DNA from: Octopus bimaculoides
Lineage: Eukaryota
Direction of reading: 5' to 3'
DNA: 37,622 bases
NCBI RefSeq assembly: GCF_001194135.2
Contig: NC_068984.1
Span: forward strand, 78,692,492-78,730,113
Both the position numbers and the translations under genes were made by a program. Shown one piece after another: positions 1 to 10,660 of this stretch. Numbering within the stretch: the stretch's first letter is position 1; every line of letters starts with the position of its first letter. The notes under the pieces were generated by a model that was given only the letters and a program-made list of their open reading frames with translations, had not been told where the DNA came from and made no database searches.

Positions 1-371
1 GTATGTCCTCAGCAGTTACAGCCCATGTTTCACTGCCATGTAGCATGGTTGTTCGTACGCATGCGTCATACAGTCTGCCTTTTACTCTGAGTGAGAGTCC
101 CTTTGTCGCCAGCAGGGGTAAGAGCTCTCTAAACTTTGCCCAGGCTATTCTTATTCTAGCAGCTACACTTTCAGCGCACCCACCCCCACTACTAACTTGG
201 TCGCCCAGATAGCGGAAGCTATCGACTACCTCTAGTTTTTCACCCTGGAATGAGATAGAAGTTGTTTCCTGTTTGTTTGCAGTCTTTATTGCACCTGAAC
301 ATCTGCCACAAACAAAAACTAACTTGCTAGTTAACCTGCCTTTGATGTTGCTGCACCTCTTATGTGTCCAT
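1..371 (-). mobile_element. RTE-clade LINE ORF2 fragment, 5'-truncated, runs off the window edge; relatively young copy
   Basis: Minus strand 370->2 reads 123 codons without a stop: WTHKRCSNIKGRLTSKLVFVCGRCSGAIK...LEVVDSFRYLGDQVSSGGGCAESVAARIRIAWAKFRELLPLLATKGLSLRVKGRLYDACVRTTMLHGSETW. This is the typical C-terminal part of an RTE RT domain. Same family as the decayed copy at 8643-9820. Absent from the ORF track, probably because there is no upstream start codon. Confidence 0.85.
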
Positions 372-651
372 AAAACATATATGAATATTTAATGTTAGTT
401 GGCATTGCTAACAATATTTATGTTACATCTATTTCTACAAACCACAATTACATTATACACTTGTTTATGTTATCTTTGCATAATATGTATATTTTTCTGA
501 CTATGGGCACAATAAATATATGTACATGTTAATTAATCTCTATTACAGGTAATTTCATTAATTGTCTTAAATCAATCTCAAAATATAACTCACCTTATTT
601 ATATATATATATATATATTTTTTTTTTCCCTCCCACTAGGTTTCCAAGAAA

Positions 652-777
652 ATGAGTGAAGGGGAGAGTTTCAAATCTGAAGGTTATGGTGATATGGTGA
701 TAGAGAAACTGAATATTTTGCGCAACAACAGTGAATTATGTGATTTCAAAGTATCTGCTGAAGGAAAAGTCTTTGAG
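652..777 (+). CDS. BTB-BACK-Kelch (KLHL-family) protein, coding exon 1 (42 aa)
   Basis: Acceptor TTTTTTTTTCCCTCCCACTAG ends at 639, ATG at 652. Reads [42 protein letters not shown], with donor GAG|GTAAAA at 777/778. Phase-0 join to exon 2 gives ...[13 protein letters not shown]|[13 protein letters not shown], the canonical BTB N-terminus. The acceptor implies an upstream non-coding exon. Confidence 0.85.
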
Positions 778-847
778 GTAAAAACATTTCCACTATTACT
801 TTGCCTCTTTTGTTCATCATCCTCTTAACACTTATCATTATTTAGCT

Positions 848-1100
848 CAGGGGTTTTCAAACTGTGGCCCGCGGACCACAGGGGGTCTGCAAGGACAAGA
901 CGGGGTCCGTAGACAGCAAATACTTTTTATGGGCAATTTGATTTTATATATGTTTTTTAATCGAAATTGTTTAATTGACAATAAACATATTTGTTAAATA
1001 CTGTTAAATAAATAAATGCAAAGATATATGTTATGTTAAGCAAATAGGTAAAGCCTGAAATATAAAGGGGTCCGCAAGTCAAAAAGTTTGAAAACCCCTG
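848..1100. mobile_element. hAT-superfamily MITE (Charlie-like), 253 bp, in KLHL intron
   Basis: Perfect 16-bp TIRs CAGGGGTTTTCAAACT (848-863) / AGTTTGAAAACCCCTG (1085-1100). Perfect 8-bp TSD ATTTAGCT (840-847, 1101-1108). Subterminal GGGGTC(C) motifs near both ends. Confidence 0.9.
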
Positions 1101-1294
1101 ATTTAGCTCATGTTCAACCCTGATGTGGGAGATCTGTTATCAAAGTAGACGAGATGTGAACTGTAACCCTAAGCTTCTCCTGTTTATGATGGAAAAACTT
1201 CCATCCATAACCTATCCTCCAGTGTAATCCGATATAATCCTAAGTTTACTCTATTCTAGCAGCTCTCTGATCAACCCTTTTGCATTGATACTGG

Positions 1295-1445
1295 CTGGCT
1301 GAGTGGTTAGATCGTCGGGCTTGCAATCATGAGGTAGTGAGTTTGATTCCCAAACTGGTCTGTGTGTTGTCTTCTCGAGCAAGACACTTCATTTCTCATT
1401 GCTCCATTTGCCTCGGAAGTAACTTCCTAGGTGCAATCCCATGGT
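1295..1445 (+). mobile_element. tRNA-derived CORE-type SINE, 5' fragment
   Basis: A-box-like TGGCTGAGTGG, B-box-like GTTTGATTCCC, then CORE-like GTTGTCTTCTCGAGCAAGACACTTCATTTC; homologous to the head of the copy at 15830. Confidence 0.6.
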
Positions 1446-1489
1446 CTTTTATCACTGAAGTGAGTCTTTACTCATTATCCTTTATCTGA

Positions 1490-1680
1490 CCCGAGTATTC
1501 TACTTATTTTATGTTCAAAGTAGTCAGATCTGGCCTCTTACACCTACCTTACCATGTCATTTTACAAATAAACAATCACCTCAATGAAATGTCAAAGATA
1601 TAAGAAAATGCCCAATTAATTCAAAATAATGTGAGTAAATAAACATTACATTTGACAGAGTAATTGAAATGCTAAAGGAC
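1490..1680. mobile_element. Possible non-autonomous DNA-transposon fragment (piggyBac-like end)
   Basis: Ends ...CATTTGACAGAGTAATTGAAATGCTAAAGG, which resembles an abundant octopus repeat ending AAAGGG-TTAA as I recall it. Only one end is visible and there is no TSD. Confidence 0.3.
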
Positions 1681-1782
1681 TACAAGCATTTCATCCATTG
1701 CGGCTTTCTTTGTTGTGTCTTTTTCTCTTTCAAACAATCCATTTTGGAGTACATTAGACAATGTTCTCTTTTCAAATAGTTT

Positions 1783-2345
1783 GATGTGACTAGTTGGTTA
1801 AGAAGCTTGCTTCACGGTGAGCTGGCAAAAACGTTAGCACACCGGGTGAAATGCTTAGCGGTATTTCGTCTACCACTACGTTCTGAGTTCAAATTCAGCC
1901 GAGGTCGACTTTGCCTTTCATCCTTTCGGGGTCGATAAATTAAGTACCAGTTACACACTGGGTCGATGTAATTGACTTCATCTCTTTGTCTGTCCTTGTT
2001 TGTCCTCTCTATGTTTAGCCCCTTGTGAGCAATAAAGAAATAAGAAGCTTGCTTCACATGTCCTGAAATTCCTGGTTTGATCCACTTGCATGTTATCTTG
2101 GGCAAATGTTTTTTTTCCCATGGTCAGGATTGATCTTGACCCAACTCATGTAAACACAATTGAGCAGAAGTAGGCAGAAAGAGTACCTGTAATTCAAAGG
2201 ACCAACCTTCTCACACTCTGTGTCATACTGATTGTACATGAAGATTACCTTAAGAGTACAACAGCCTGTAGAATAATGAATACTCAGCCACTTATTCAGT
2301 GAGCTGGTACCACAGTTGATCCAATTACTGGAATCCTTATTATCA
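1783..2345 (+). mobile_element. Old SINE (tRNA head + CORE + type B/D tail) interrupted by a younger SINE
   Basis: Head GACTAGTTGGTTAAGAAGC... resumes after the insertion with B-box-like GGTTTGATCC, CORE-like CTTGGGCAAATGTT, and decayed tail TACCTGTAATTCAAAGG...ACTCAGCCACTT...GTTGATCC homologous to 15060-15200. Confidence 0.6.
1816..2040 (+). mobile_element. SINE type A (GGCGGCGAGCTGGCAGAAACG family), near full length
   Basis: Highly similar to 17848-18080. Flanked by the 17-bp TSD TAAGAAGCTTGCTTCAC (1799-1815, 2041-2057). Confidence 0.85.
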
Positions 2346-2624
2346 TAAATAACACAGATCCATAGACTTAGGATATGCAGCACCTAAGGGAAGTTTTTTT
2401 TTTTTACCATACATAGCCTACGGTTGAGCCAAACATAATGAACTAAATTGTGTAGATGGAAATAGATGGATTAATTTATCACCTGTTCATAGGTGATAGA
2501 TTAATCTGTCATTTGGTTTCATTTAAATCTTTATCTGGATCTGACCAAAGCAAGTAAAAGATAAATAGAAAAAGATTGTAGAAGTATAATCATTTTATTG
2601 CAGATAAATTTTCACAATAAAATT

Positions 2625-2671
2625 TTATATGGGCCCCTAAGGGTCATGTAGACCCTGGTTGAGAACCACTG
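2625..2671. mobile_element. Solo hAT-like terminus
   Basis: GGTTGAGAACCACTG (2657-2671) is the reverse complement of a CAGTGGTTCTCAACC hAT-type TIR, preceded by GGGCCCCTAAGGGTC. No partner end found. Confidence 0.4.
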
Positions 2672-2856
2672 GGTTTGGTGATACTTTGGATAGTACCTTG
2701 TAATGAAGAGTATTGTTGCATGGGGGCACTAATGGACATCACCACCACTGTTACTACTTCCTAACAGCTATCGCTACTACTTACACTGCCACCCCCACCC
2801 ACATCACTACCCCACAGCTACTGTCAGTACTACTCTTAATGCCTTCACTACTACTA

Positions 2857-3085
2857 TTGGGTTGTCCGGAAAGTTCATACCGATTTTTAAAGGAAAGAAA
2901 AAGGTCAATAAATACTTGCCATTACATTTTTAATCAACCAAATACGAGCCATTTTGTTGCACAATGCGTCTCCATCTTTCCTTTAACTTGAAAATACCCT
3001 CTTCCCAGAATTGAGGGGGTTTCATGGCAAATAAGTCAAAAGGTAAGCTAACTATAAATCGGCACAAACTTTCCGGACAACCCAA
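2857..3085 (-). mobile_element. Mariner-derived MITE (internal deletion derivative), 229 bp
   Basis: TIRs TTGGGTTGTCCGGAAAGTT.. / ..AACTTTCCGGACAACCCAA with TA at 2855-2856 and 3086-3087. The interior minus strand encodes a mariner transposase C-terminus (FAMKPPQFWEEGIFKLKERWRRIVQQNGSYLVD). Confidence 0.9.
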
Positions 3086-3116
<31 letters not shown>

Positions 3117-3146
3117 GCTACTTCTACTACTACTACTACTACTACT
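3086..3146. repeat. (CTA)n microsatellite abutting the exon-2 polypyrimidine tract
   Basis: TACTACTAC... run with two interruptions; decayed CTA/CCA repeats also at about 2740-2856. Confidence 0.9.
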
Positions 3147-3180
3147 CTCTTCACTATTTTTTTTTCTTTTTATTCTTCAG

Positions 3181-4809
3181 GTTCACAAGGCATTACTGGC
3201 AGCTGCTAGCGACTACTTCCGAGTGATGTTCCGAGGTATGATGGCCGAGAGCAAGCAGGACACAGTGGACTTGAAAGGTGTAACTGCTGATGGACTGCAA
3301 CAGGTGATAGACTTCATATACACAGGTAAAATGTCGCTGTACTATGACAACCTCACCGAAATCATCAACACAGCCAGCCACCTGCAAGTGTCCTACGCCC
3401 TCGACTTGTGCAGCAACTACATCAAATCTCTCATGACATTTGACAATGCCGATGACTTCCTCAGTATTGCTGACACATATTCTCTGGAGAAAGTCCTACT
3501 ACATTGGGATGATATGATTTTATCAAACTTTCATGAATTCAGCAACAGCCAAGCATTTCTCAAACTCAGTGCTCAAAAACTTGTCAAGTACCTTTCGTCC
3601 AATTTGTTATGCACTGTCTCCGAGTATCGTTTGTATCAATGCTTAGAAAAGTGGCTGGCTGTAAGTCCGTCACGTATTACAACTGACAGCAGCATCCTTA
3701 TGCCTCATTTACGTTTTCCTTTAATGTCTCTCATCGAATTAACATCAATTAAGGACAGTGAACTTTTCCAGAAGGTGCCCAATGGAGCGCAGTATATTGC
3801 CAAAGGCTTCCAATATCACATTGACTGTAAACAGGGACATCCTGTCATCGACGAGTCATCAACAATCCGGACTAATACATCGAGTTTGGTGCTTGTGCAC
3901 CATGGAACAGCATACATGCCGTTTCAAGTAACATCTTACAATCCGGAAAACAATAAGTTTTTCCGGCTTTTTTCTGATGTCAATGGCAGCAGGGACTGTC
4001 GTATTGCCGTCATTGACAATTTTGCCTATATTTGCCGTGTTGTTGATTTTGGTGGCGGCACTCTTATGAGTTCATTATTTAGATTTGATCCGCGACACTT
4101 GGTTGGGCAGGAATTGCACCCAATGAAACAACTCCGACTTGATTTTGCACTCACTGCACATAAGCATTGTCTCTATGTGTTTGGCGGTTCAACTGAACAG
4201 TTTGCCATTCTTGACTCAGTTGAGTGCTACAATGTCAAGACCAATATGTGGGAAGAGCTGTTGTACCTGCCCAATCCGGTCCACTCCTTAGCGACAGTTG
4301 TCCACGAGACACGAATCTATCTGTCAGGTGGGGTGACAGGCCAGGAGAGGCAGGCCACAAACAGCTTTATGTGTTTCAACATTCTCACGCACAGATACGA
4401 GGTGAAGCCGGGCATGTTCTATGCGCGTCGACTCCACGACATGGTATCTTTCCAGGAAAAGATATATGTTCATGGTGGCATTCCAAGACAAGGAATCCCA
4501 CTACACGGCCAGATTCCAATCGAGTACTTTGACTTGGCATCAGAACAATGGACCATTTTGACCTCGTCCACTCTGAGTGGACGTTCTGTTGGACACTATA
4601 TAGTGTTTGAGAATCAGGTTTTGTGCTTAGGGCACGAGCATCACCGAGCTACAGAAGATGAGATTTGGGTCTACGACACCGTGGTTGACGACTGGTCTAA
4701 GTATACAAAAGCCCCGCAGCGAATGAGTTTGACCACTGCAGTATGCATCCAGATGCACATAAACTTTAATGAAGAGAAAGTGGCCAAGATGGTGTTGAAA
4801 GACAAATGA
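3181..4809 (+). CDS. BTB-BACK-Kelch (KLHL-family; resembles KLHL26/KLHL9/13 group) protein, coding exon 2 (542 aa + stop; 584 aa total)
   Basis: Acceptor TTTTTATTCTTCAG ends at 3180, then 1629 nt open to TGA 4807-4809. BTB: [53 protein letters not shown]: ...KWLAVSPSR...HLRFPLM. Six Kelch blades, e.g. [40 protein letters not shown]. Orthology not determinable without phylogeny. Confidence 0.95.
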   Translation, partial: VHKALLAAASDYFRVMFRGMMAESKQDTVDLKGVTADGLQQVIDFIYTGKMSLYYDNLTEIINTASHLQVSYALDLCSNYIKSLMTFDNADDFLSIADTYSLEKVLLHWDDMILSNFHEFSNSQAFLKLSAQKLVKYLSSNLLCTVSEYRLYQCLEKWLAVSPSRITTDSSILMPHLRFPLMSLIELTSIKDSELFQKVPNGAQYIAKGFQYHIDCKQGHPVIDESSTIRTNTSSLVLVHHGTAYMPFQVTSYNPENNKFFRLFSDVNGSRDCRIAVIDNFAYICRVVDFGGGTLMSSLFRFDPRHLVGQELHPMKQLRLDFALTAHKHCLYVFGGSTEQFAILDSVECYNVKTNMWEELLYLPNPVHSLATVVHETRIYLSGGVTGQERQATNSFMCFNILTHRYEVKPGMFYARRLHDMVSFQEKIYVHGGIPRQGIPLHGQIPIEYFDLASEQWTILTSSTLSGRSVGHYIVFENQVLCLGHEHHRATEDEIWVYDTVVDDWSKYTKAPQRMSLTTAVCIQMHINFNEEKVAKMVLKDK

Positions 4810-4842
4810 GTTCTAACTGATATTACAAAAAATACCTCCAAT

Positions 4843-5160
4843 AGGCTAGATATCATTGCCTCTCACAGGCTTGATATCATTGCCTTCTGACAGGCAGGAT
4901 ATCATCAATCACTGATAGATCAATAAATAAGCCTGATATCATTACCTCACATAGGCAGAGACAGTTGCCTCCTCCAGGAGGCTAATATCAGGCTGATATC
5001 ATTACCTCACACAGGCTGACTTTGATATCTCTACCCCTAACAGGCTGATGTTACTACCTCCAACAGGAAGCTGATGTCACTACCAGTTTGAGGCCAATAT
5101 CATTACCTCATACAGGTTGATATCAATTCCTCAGACAGGCTGATATCATTTACCTCATAT
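4843..5160. repeat. Degenerate ~23-bp minisatellite (about 13 units) immediately downstream of the KLHL stop
   Basis: By-eye consensus AGGCTGATATCATTACCTCACAC; units e.g. aggctagatatcattgcctctcac, aggctgatatcattacctcacac, aggttgatatcaattcctcagac. Confidence 0.85.
4922..4927 (+). promoter_or_regulatory. Candidate polyadenylation signal AATAAA
   Basis: First AATAAA after the stop; a hexamer match in AT-rich DNA only. Confidence 0.25.
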
Positions 5161-5169
5161 AGTAGCACT

Positions 5170-5189
5170 TTATTATTATTATTTTTATG

Positions 5190-5240
<51 letters not shown>
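5170..5240. repeat. (TTA)n microsatellite
   Basis: Direct read. Confidence 0.95.
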
Positions 5241-5243
<3 letters not shown>

Positions 5244-5534
5244 ATTAATATTGATATATATATACTTTTTTTTTGGCAGTCTGGGCGATTTTACTGTTCG
5301 TTTTATTTTTAATTAAAAAAAATACAATACACATTCTTTTTTTTTTTCAAAAAATGTTTATCTGTTGTATTATATAAATGTACACACAGACACACACACA
5401 TATTTATATTCATTGACATGTATATAATCTCCACATGCATACCTATTTCCTTAGATACACACACACACACACATATACATAAATGTCCCTTCACATGCTT
5501 ACACAATTTTTACATTTGGACACCCATATATGTA

Positions 5535-5652
5535 TGTATATAAATAGTACTTATACATATATATATGTATATAAATAGTACTTATACATATATATATGTA
5601 TATAAATAGTACTTATACATATATATATGTATATAAATAGTACTTATACATA
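5535..5652. repeat. Perfect 31-bp tandem repeat, about 3.8 copies
   Basis: Unit TGTATATAAATAGTACTTATACATATATATA; AAATAGTAC recurs at 5542, 5573, 5604, 5635. Confidence 0.95.
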
Positions 5653-5696
5653 CATACATACATATATACACACTCACACACATGCATATATTGATA

Positions 5697-5730
<34 letters not shown>

Positions 5731-6988
5731 TATATATTCTCTTTTATCTACTGACCTCTGACTGTGCTGTGACAGCATTATATACACATACTCCATGTAC
5801 ACACATACACTCATACTCATTTGTGTAAGTATAAATAGCTCATAGACATACTCTCTCCTGAAAAAATATGCTTATTAATTGTTCCAGATTTTGAAGGAAT
5901 TTGCCTTTTTGTTATTGCATCTCAGGCACAATGGTATATTACCATATTCTATTGATATAATCTCATATAGTAATGGTTTATTATGATCTATTATTAGTAC
6001 GTTAGTAAATACCAATAGCACGTGGTAATATAGCTATTAACATATACAAATACCGATGTTATCTCAGGCATTGGCAAAAAAATTCTTACTAAACACGTTA
6101 GCCTGAAATGGTTAAAGTGCTTAGATTCCTGACCATTGTTCATAGTTTCAAATTCACATGCAGGGGTTTTATTTTGTCTTTGGGGCAGACTCTGTACATC
6201 TATCCTACACTGTCTCAGTTCATCATAGTTGTCTGCAATAGACACCAGACGTTATTGGGGAATGTCATTTATGATAGACTAGCCTTGTCTCTAGAGGAAG
6301 CGTCTATCTCTTTGTCTCTCATTTTTGTGTCACTACAGAAAGTGGAACTAGGACCAAGTCCCAGTACTATGGTCCTTGAAGTAGGTTTTGTGAAAAGGGT
6401 TAACTACAGGTATTATTCTACAAACACTGCCCTTCACCATCGAACTATCATGCACGCTTTTATGTGGATGAGAATGGAAACATCGCTTCTGTTTCATCTA
6501 TGTTACCTCTACATGATTTTGTGTGTGTACTTATGTCTGTTTGTGTGTGTGAGAGATTAGATGTTCATGGAAGTATATATATCTGTATAAAACATCAATG
6601 TGTTTATATTTGCGAATGTGTATGTCATAAGCATTAATTCATGTGTGTGCATGCATGGTTGTGTGTATCTGTGTAAGATATATGTGTAAATGATTATGGT
6701 TGTGTGTGTGTATCCGTTTAAGATATAAACATGTAAATGATTATGGTTATTTGTGTGTATGTGTGTATTAGTACCTGACTTTATTGATACCATATGAATG
6801 CAAGTTTGTGTTTGTGTAAGTGTGTATAAGTGTATGGATTGCTGCATGAACAGATATGTTGACATGCAAAGCAGATGTTTGCTCTGTGCATGTAGAGGAT
6901 TATAAACATGTTTACACATGGAAGTATGGTTGTATATGTAAATAGTTTGTGTATATTTGTAACTGTGTGGGTAATTTGTTATGTGCGT

Positions 6989-7032
<44 letters not shown>

Positions 7033-7336
7033 TATATATATATATATATATANNNNNNNNNNNNNNNNNNNNNNNNNNNNNNNNNNNNNNNNNNNNNNNN
7101 NNNNNNNNNNNNNNNNNNNNNNNNNNNNNNNNNNNNNNNNNNNNNNNNNNNNNNNNNNNNNNNNNNNNNNNNNNNNNNNNNNNNNNNNNNNNNNNNNNNN
7201 NNNNNNNNNNNNNNNNNNNNNNNNNNNNNNNNNNNNNNNNNNNNNNNNNNNNNNNNNNNNNNNNNNNNNNNNNNNNNNNNNNNNNNNNNNNNNNNNNNNN
7301 NNNNNNNNNNNNNNNNNNATATATATATATATATAT

Positions 7337-7727
7337 AGGTGCAGGCATGGCTGTATGTAAGAAATCTGCATCCTACCCACATGGTTTCTGAGTCAATCCC
7401 ACTGCATGGCACCTTGGGCAAGTGTCTTTTGGGCTGACCAAAGCTTTGTGAGTGGACTTGGTAGACAGAAAACTGAAAGAAGCCTGTTGTACATATGTGT
7501 ATATATTTATGCGTGCTTGTATTTGTCCCCCCATCACTGCTTTACAAGTGGTGTTTGTTTGTTTGTTTACACACCTGTAACTTAGTGGTTTGGCAAATGG
7601 AATCGATAGAATAAGTGCCAGTCTTAAAAAAATATTATAGTTACTGGGGTCGATTCATTCAAGTATAACCCTCCAAACTGGTGCCCCAGCATGACAGCAG
7701 TCCATTGGCTGCAACAAGCAAAAGGCA
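7337..7727 (+). mobile_element. SINE type C (tRNA head, CORE, internal TA/TG tract, GGGGTCGAT tail), diverged
   Basis: Collinear with 30632-30829 (head) and 37418-37622 (tail): GGCACCTTGGGCAAGTGTCTT...ACTGAAAGAAGCC...GAATAAGT...CTGGGGTCGAT...CCAGCATG. Confidence 0.8.
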
Positions 7728-8532
7728 TATATACACACATGCATAAATTTATATACATATATACACACACCCTTAATTTTTTCATACTCTCTCTCCCCTG
7801 TTCACAACAAAGCATGTAGGATTAGAGGTTGGGGTAGTTGTTGACAGAACGGGAGCTACTGACCATCTGAGTCATTTCCCTTAGATAATTTTCATTTCAA
7901 TTATACACATTTTCCTTGGTCATAAATGTTCTCTACTTCTTTTGTACATGTCTCAGTCTTATGTCAACATAGGTGAATTGCTGTGCTAATGATACTTGTT
8001 GAAGCAGAAACACATGTTCAAAGTTATCCTGTTGTTTCCAGGGTATAAGAAAAAGAAAAGACCTTTTCCTGAAGGGCATGTTGTGGAGATAATTTCTTGA
8101 GATTATCTCTCCTTCTTATTTGGAGTCGGTTGCAATTGCTGCTATGTATTTGTTTACCTTCTCTTGAAGTGAAGATAATTTCAATAAATCAAGAATTTAT
8201 CTTGTTTGGTATTTAGTATATCTTTCTTTGTCTTTGTTTTACACACACACATATGCATACATGTGTATGCACACATGTCAATGTATTTTATATACACATA
8301 TGTATATCTCTACAAATATGTATGAATGATTATNNNNNNNNNNNNNNNNNNNNNNNNNNNNNNNNNNNNNNNNNNNNNNNNNNNNNNNNNNNNNNNNNNN
8401 NNNNNNNNNNNNNNNNNNNNNNNNNNNNNNNNNNNNNNNNNNNNNNNNNNNNNNNNNNNNNNNNNNNNNNNNNNNNNNNNNNNNNNNNNNNNNNNNNNNN
8501 NNNNNNNNNNNNNNNNNNNNNNNNNNNNNNNN

Positions 8533-8565
<33 letters not shown>

Positions 8566-8642
8566 ATGTATATGTATGCACTTACGTATATATGTGTGCA
8601 TGTGTTATTTATTTATGTATGTGTGTGTGTATGTATGTGTTT

Positions 8643-9820
8643 GGTGAGGTAAGGTACATGATTGCCACTGATATAGTTAATTATGTTATAGAAGGAAGTG
8701 TCATACCCAATGACTGACATGGCAGTATCATCGAAAACCGTTACAAAGATAAAGGAAACGTCTTGGTTGGAAGAAATTATAGAAGAATCAACCTACTTGA
8801 TCAGGTTATGAAAGTGAAGGAGAGAGCCATAGCACAATTGATCTGAGACAGAATAGACCTGGATGATATGTAAGAATAGACCATAGATGATATGTAGTCT
8901 AGCATTGTGCTCATAAGGATTCTCCAAGAAAGATACTTGTCTGTAAACCACTATTGCTGCACTTTGTTGCTTTGGAGAAGGCATTTGACAGGATGCATGT
9001 GCAGTAATTTGTTGGTCACTAAGGAAACAGATGTAGACAAATGGCTTGTGAGAGCTGTACAAGTAGTGTACGGTGATGTAGTAAGTGAGAGTCAACAATT
9101 TCATTCGTGAATTTAGCTTGAAAGTGGGAGTTCATCAAGGCTCAGTCCTCAGTCTTCCCCTATTCATTATAGTCTTATAAAGATCATTACAGAGGAATGT
9201 AAGATTAGCTGTCCATGGGCACTCCTATTTGCTGCTAATCTAGTTCTTCTAACTGAATCTATAGTGGAATTAGAGAGGAAGCAAACCTAAAATTGAGAGG
9301 CCTAAAGGTAAACTGAGCAAAGACTAAGGTTTTAGTAGGAAGGAAAGAAGATTGGACCTTGGTATCTTCAGGAAAATGGCTTTGCCTAGGTTGCAGAAAT
9401 GAACATGGTAGAAACTCCATATGCTGAATATCACTGTTAGCTATGAATGCGCAAGAGGTGTAGTGGAATCACAGGCAGACTATAAAGAAAGTAAGCTTCA
9501 TGAGTGACAGTTGCATTGTATGTACTTCAAGCTCTCCAGAAATAGATACTCTTAAATGTCTGGATGGGTCACTAGAAGTTGATGATAACTTTTATTATCT
9601 AGAAGTAATTAGCAAGGGAAATTGTTGCTTTGAAAGTGTAATAGCCAGAATAAGAGCAGGTTGGAAAATGTTCGGGCAGCTACTATTGCTGCTGACAACA
9701 AAGGTCTTTTCCTTCAGAGTGAAGAGTAGATTGTATGATGATTGTGTTAGAACTGTGATGCTGCATGGTAGTGAGGCATGAGCCTTGAATACAAAGACTT
9801 TGAGAAAACTGGAAAGAAAT
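8643..9820 (+). mobile_element. Decayed RTE-clade LINE reverse-transcriptase region (stops and frameshifts)
   Basis: Piecewise translation: VIPND*HGSII..YKDKG..GRNYRRINLLDQVMKV; LQERYL..FVALEKAFDR; VGVHQGSVLS; CPWALLFAANLV (FADD motif mutated); GKWLCLGC..GRNSIC..RKRCSGITGRL; IARIRAGWKMF..RLYDDCVRTVMLHGSEA*. Confidence 0.9.
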
Positions 9821-9975
9821 TAATCTTGAAATACTGTGTACATCTTGATTTTAATGAAAATGCATTACAGAGAGGTGCTATGTTTTAAAAAGAAAGAGGA
9901 AGGCGACAGAAGACATACTAAATAGCGAGTTGACTGCCACTATATTTGCATGCAATCTATCTGTCTATCTATCTA

Positions 9976-10023
<48 letters not shown>

Positions 10024-10591
10024 NNNNNNNNNNNNNNNNNNNNNNNNNNNNNNNNNNNNNNNNNNNNNNNNNNNNNNNNNNNNNNNNNNNNNNNNNNNNN
10101 NNNNNNNNNNNNNNNNNNNNNNNNNNNNNNNNNNNNNNNNNNNNNNNNNNNNNNNNNNNNNNNNNNNNNNNNNNNNNNNNNNNNNNNNNNNNNNNNNNNN
10201 NNNNNNNNNNNNNNNNNNNNNNNNNNNNNNNNNNNNNNNNNNNNNNNNNNNNNNNNNNNNNNNNNNNNNNNNNNNNNNNNNNNNNNNNNNNNNNNNNNNN
10301 NNNNNNNNNNNNNNNNNNNNNNNNNNNNNNNNNNNNNNNNNNNNNNNNNNNNNNNNNNNNNNNNNNNNNNNNNNNNNNNNNNNNNNNNNNNNNNNNNNNN
10401 NNNNNATGTCTTTAAAAAGACTTCTGTTTTAAATTTACCAAAATTTAATTTTTCAATAATTTTTCAAAAATCTATTATTCATATTTACTGTTGAAAAAAT
10501 CTCAAAGATCGAAACCGGTTCTGTAATGTTCTTTATAAAAGTATTTTAGCATTTTCTACTTTGTCGTTTTTCCATATATATATATAAATAA

Positions 10592-10626
<35 letters not shown>

Positions 10627-10660
10627 TACATACATACATACATACATACATACATACATA

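Noticed and set aside
549-639. CAG|GTAATT at 548/549 as donor of a 91-nt 5' UTR intron
   Set aside because: Possible but untestable without transcripts; no promoter evidence.
6108-6560. 150-aa ORF
   Set aside because: No recognisable domain, composition typical of non-coding DNA, ends in a TG-rich tract.
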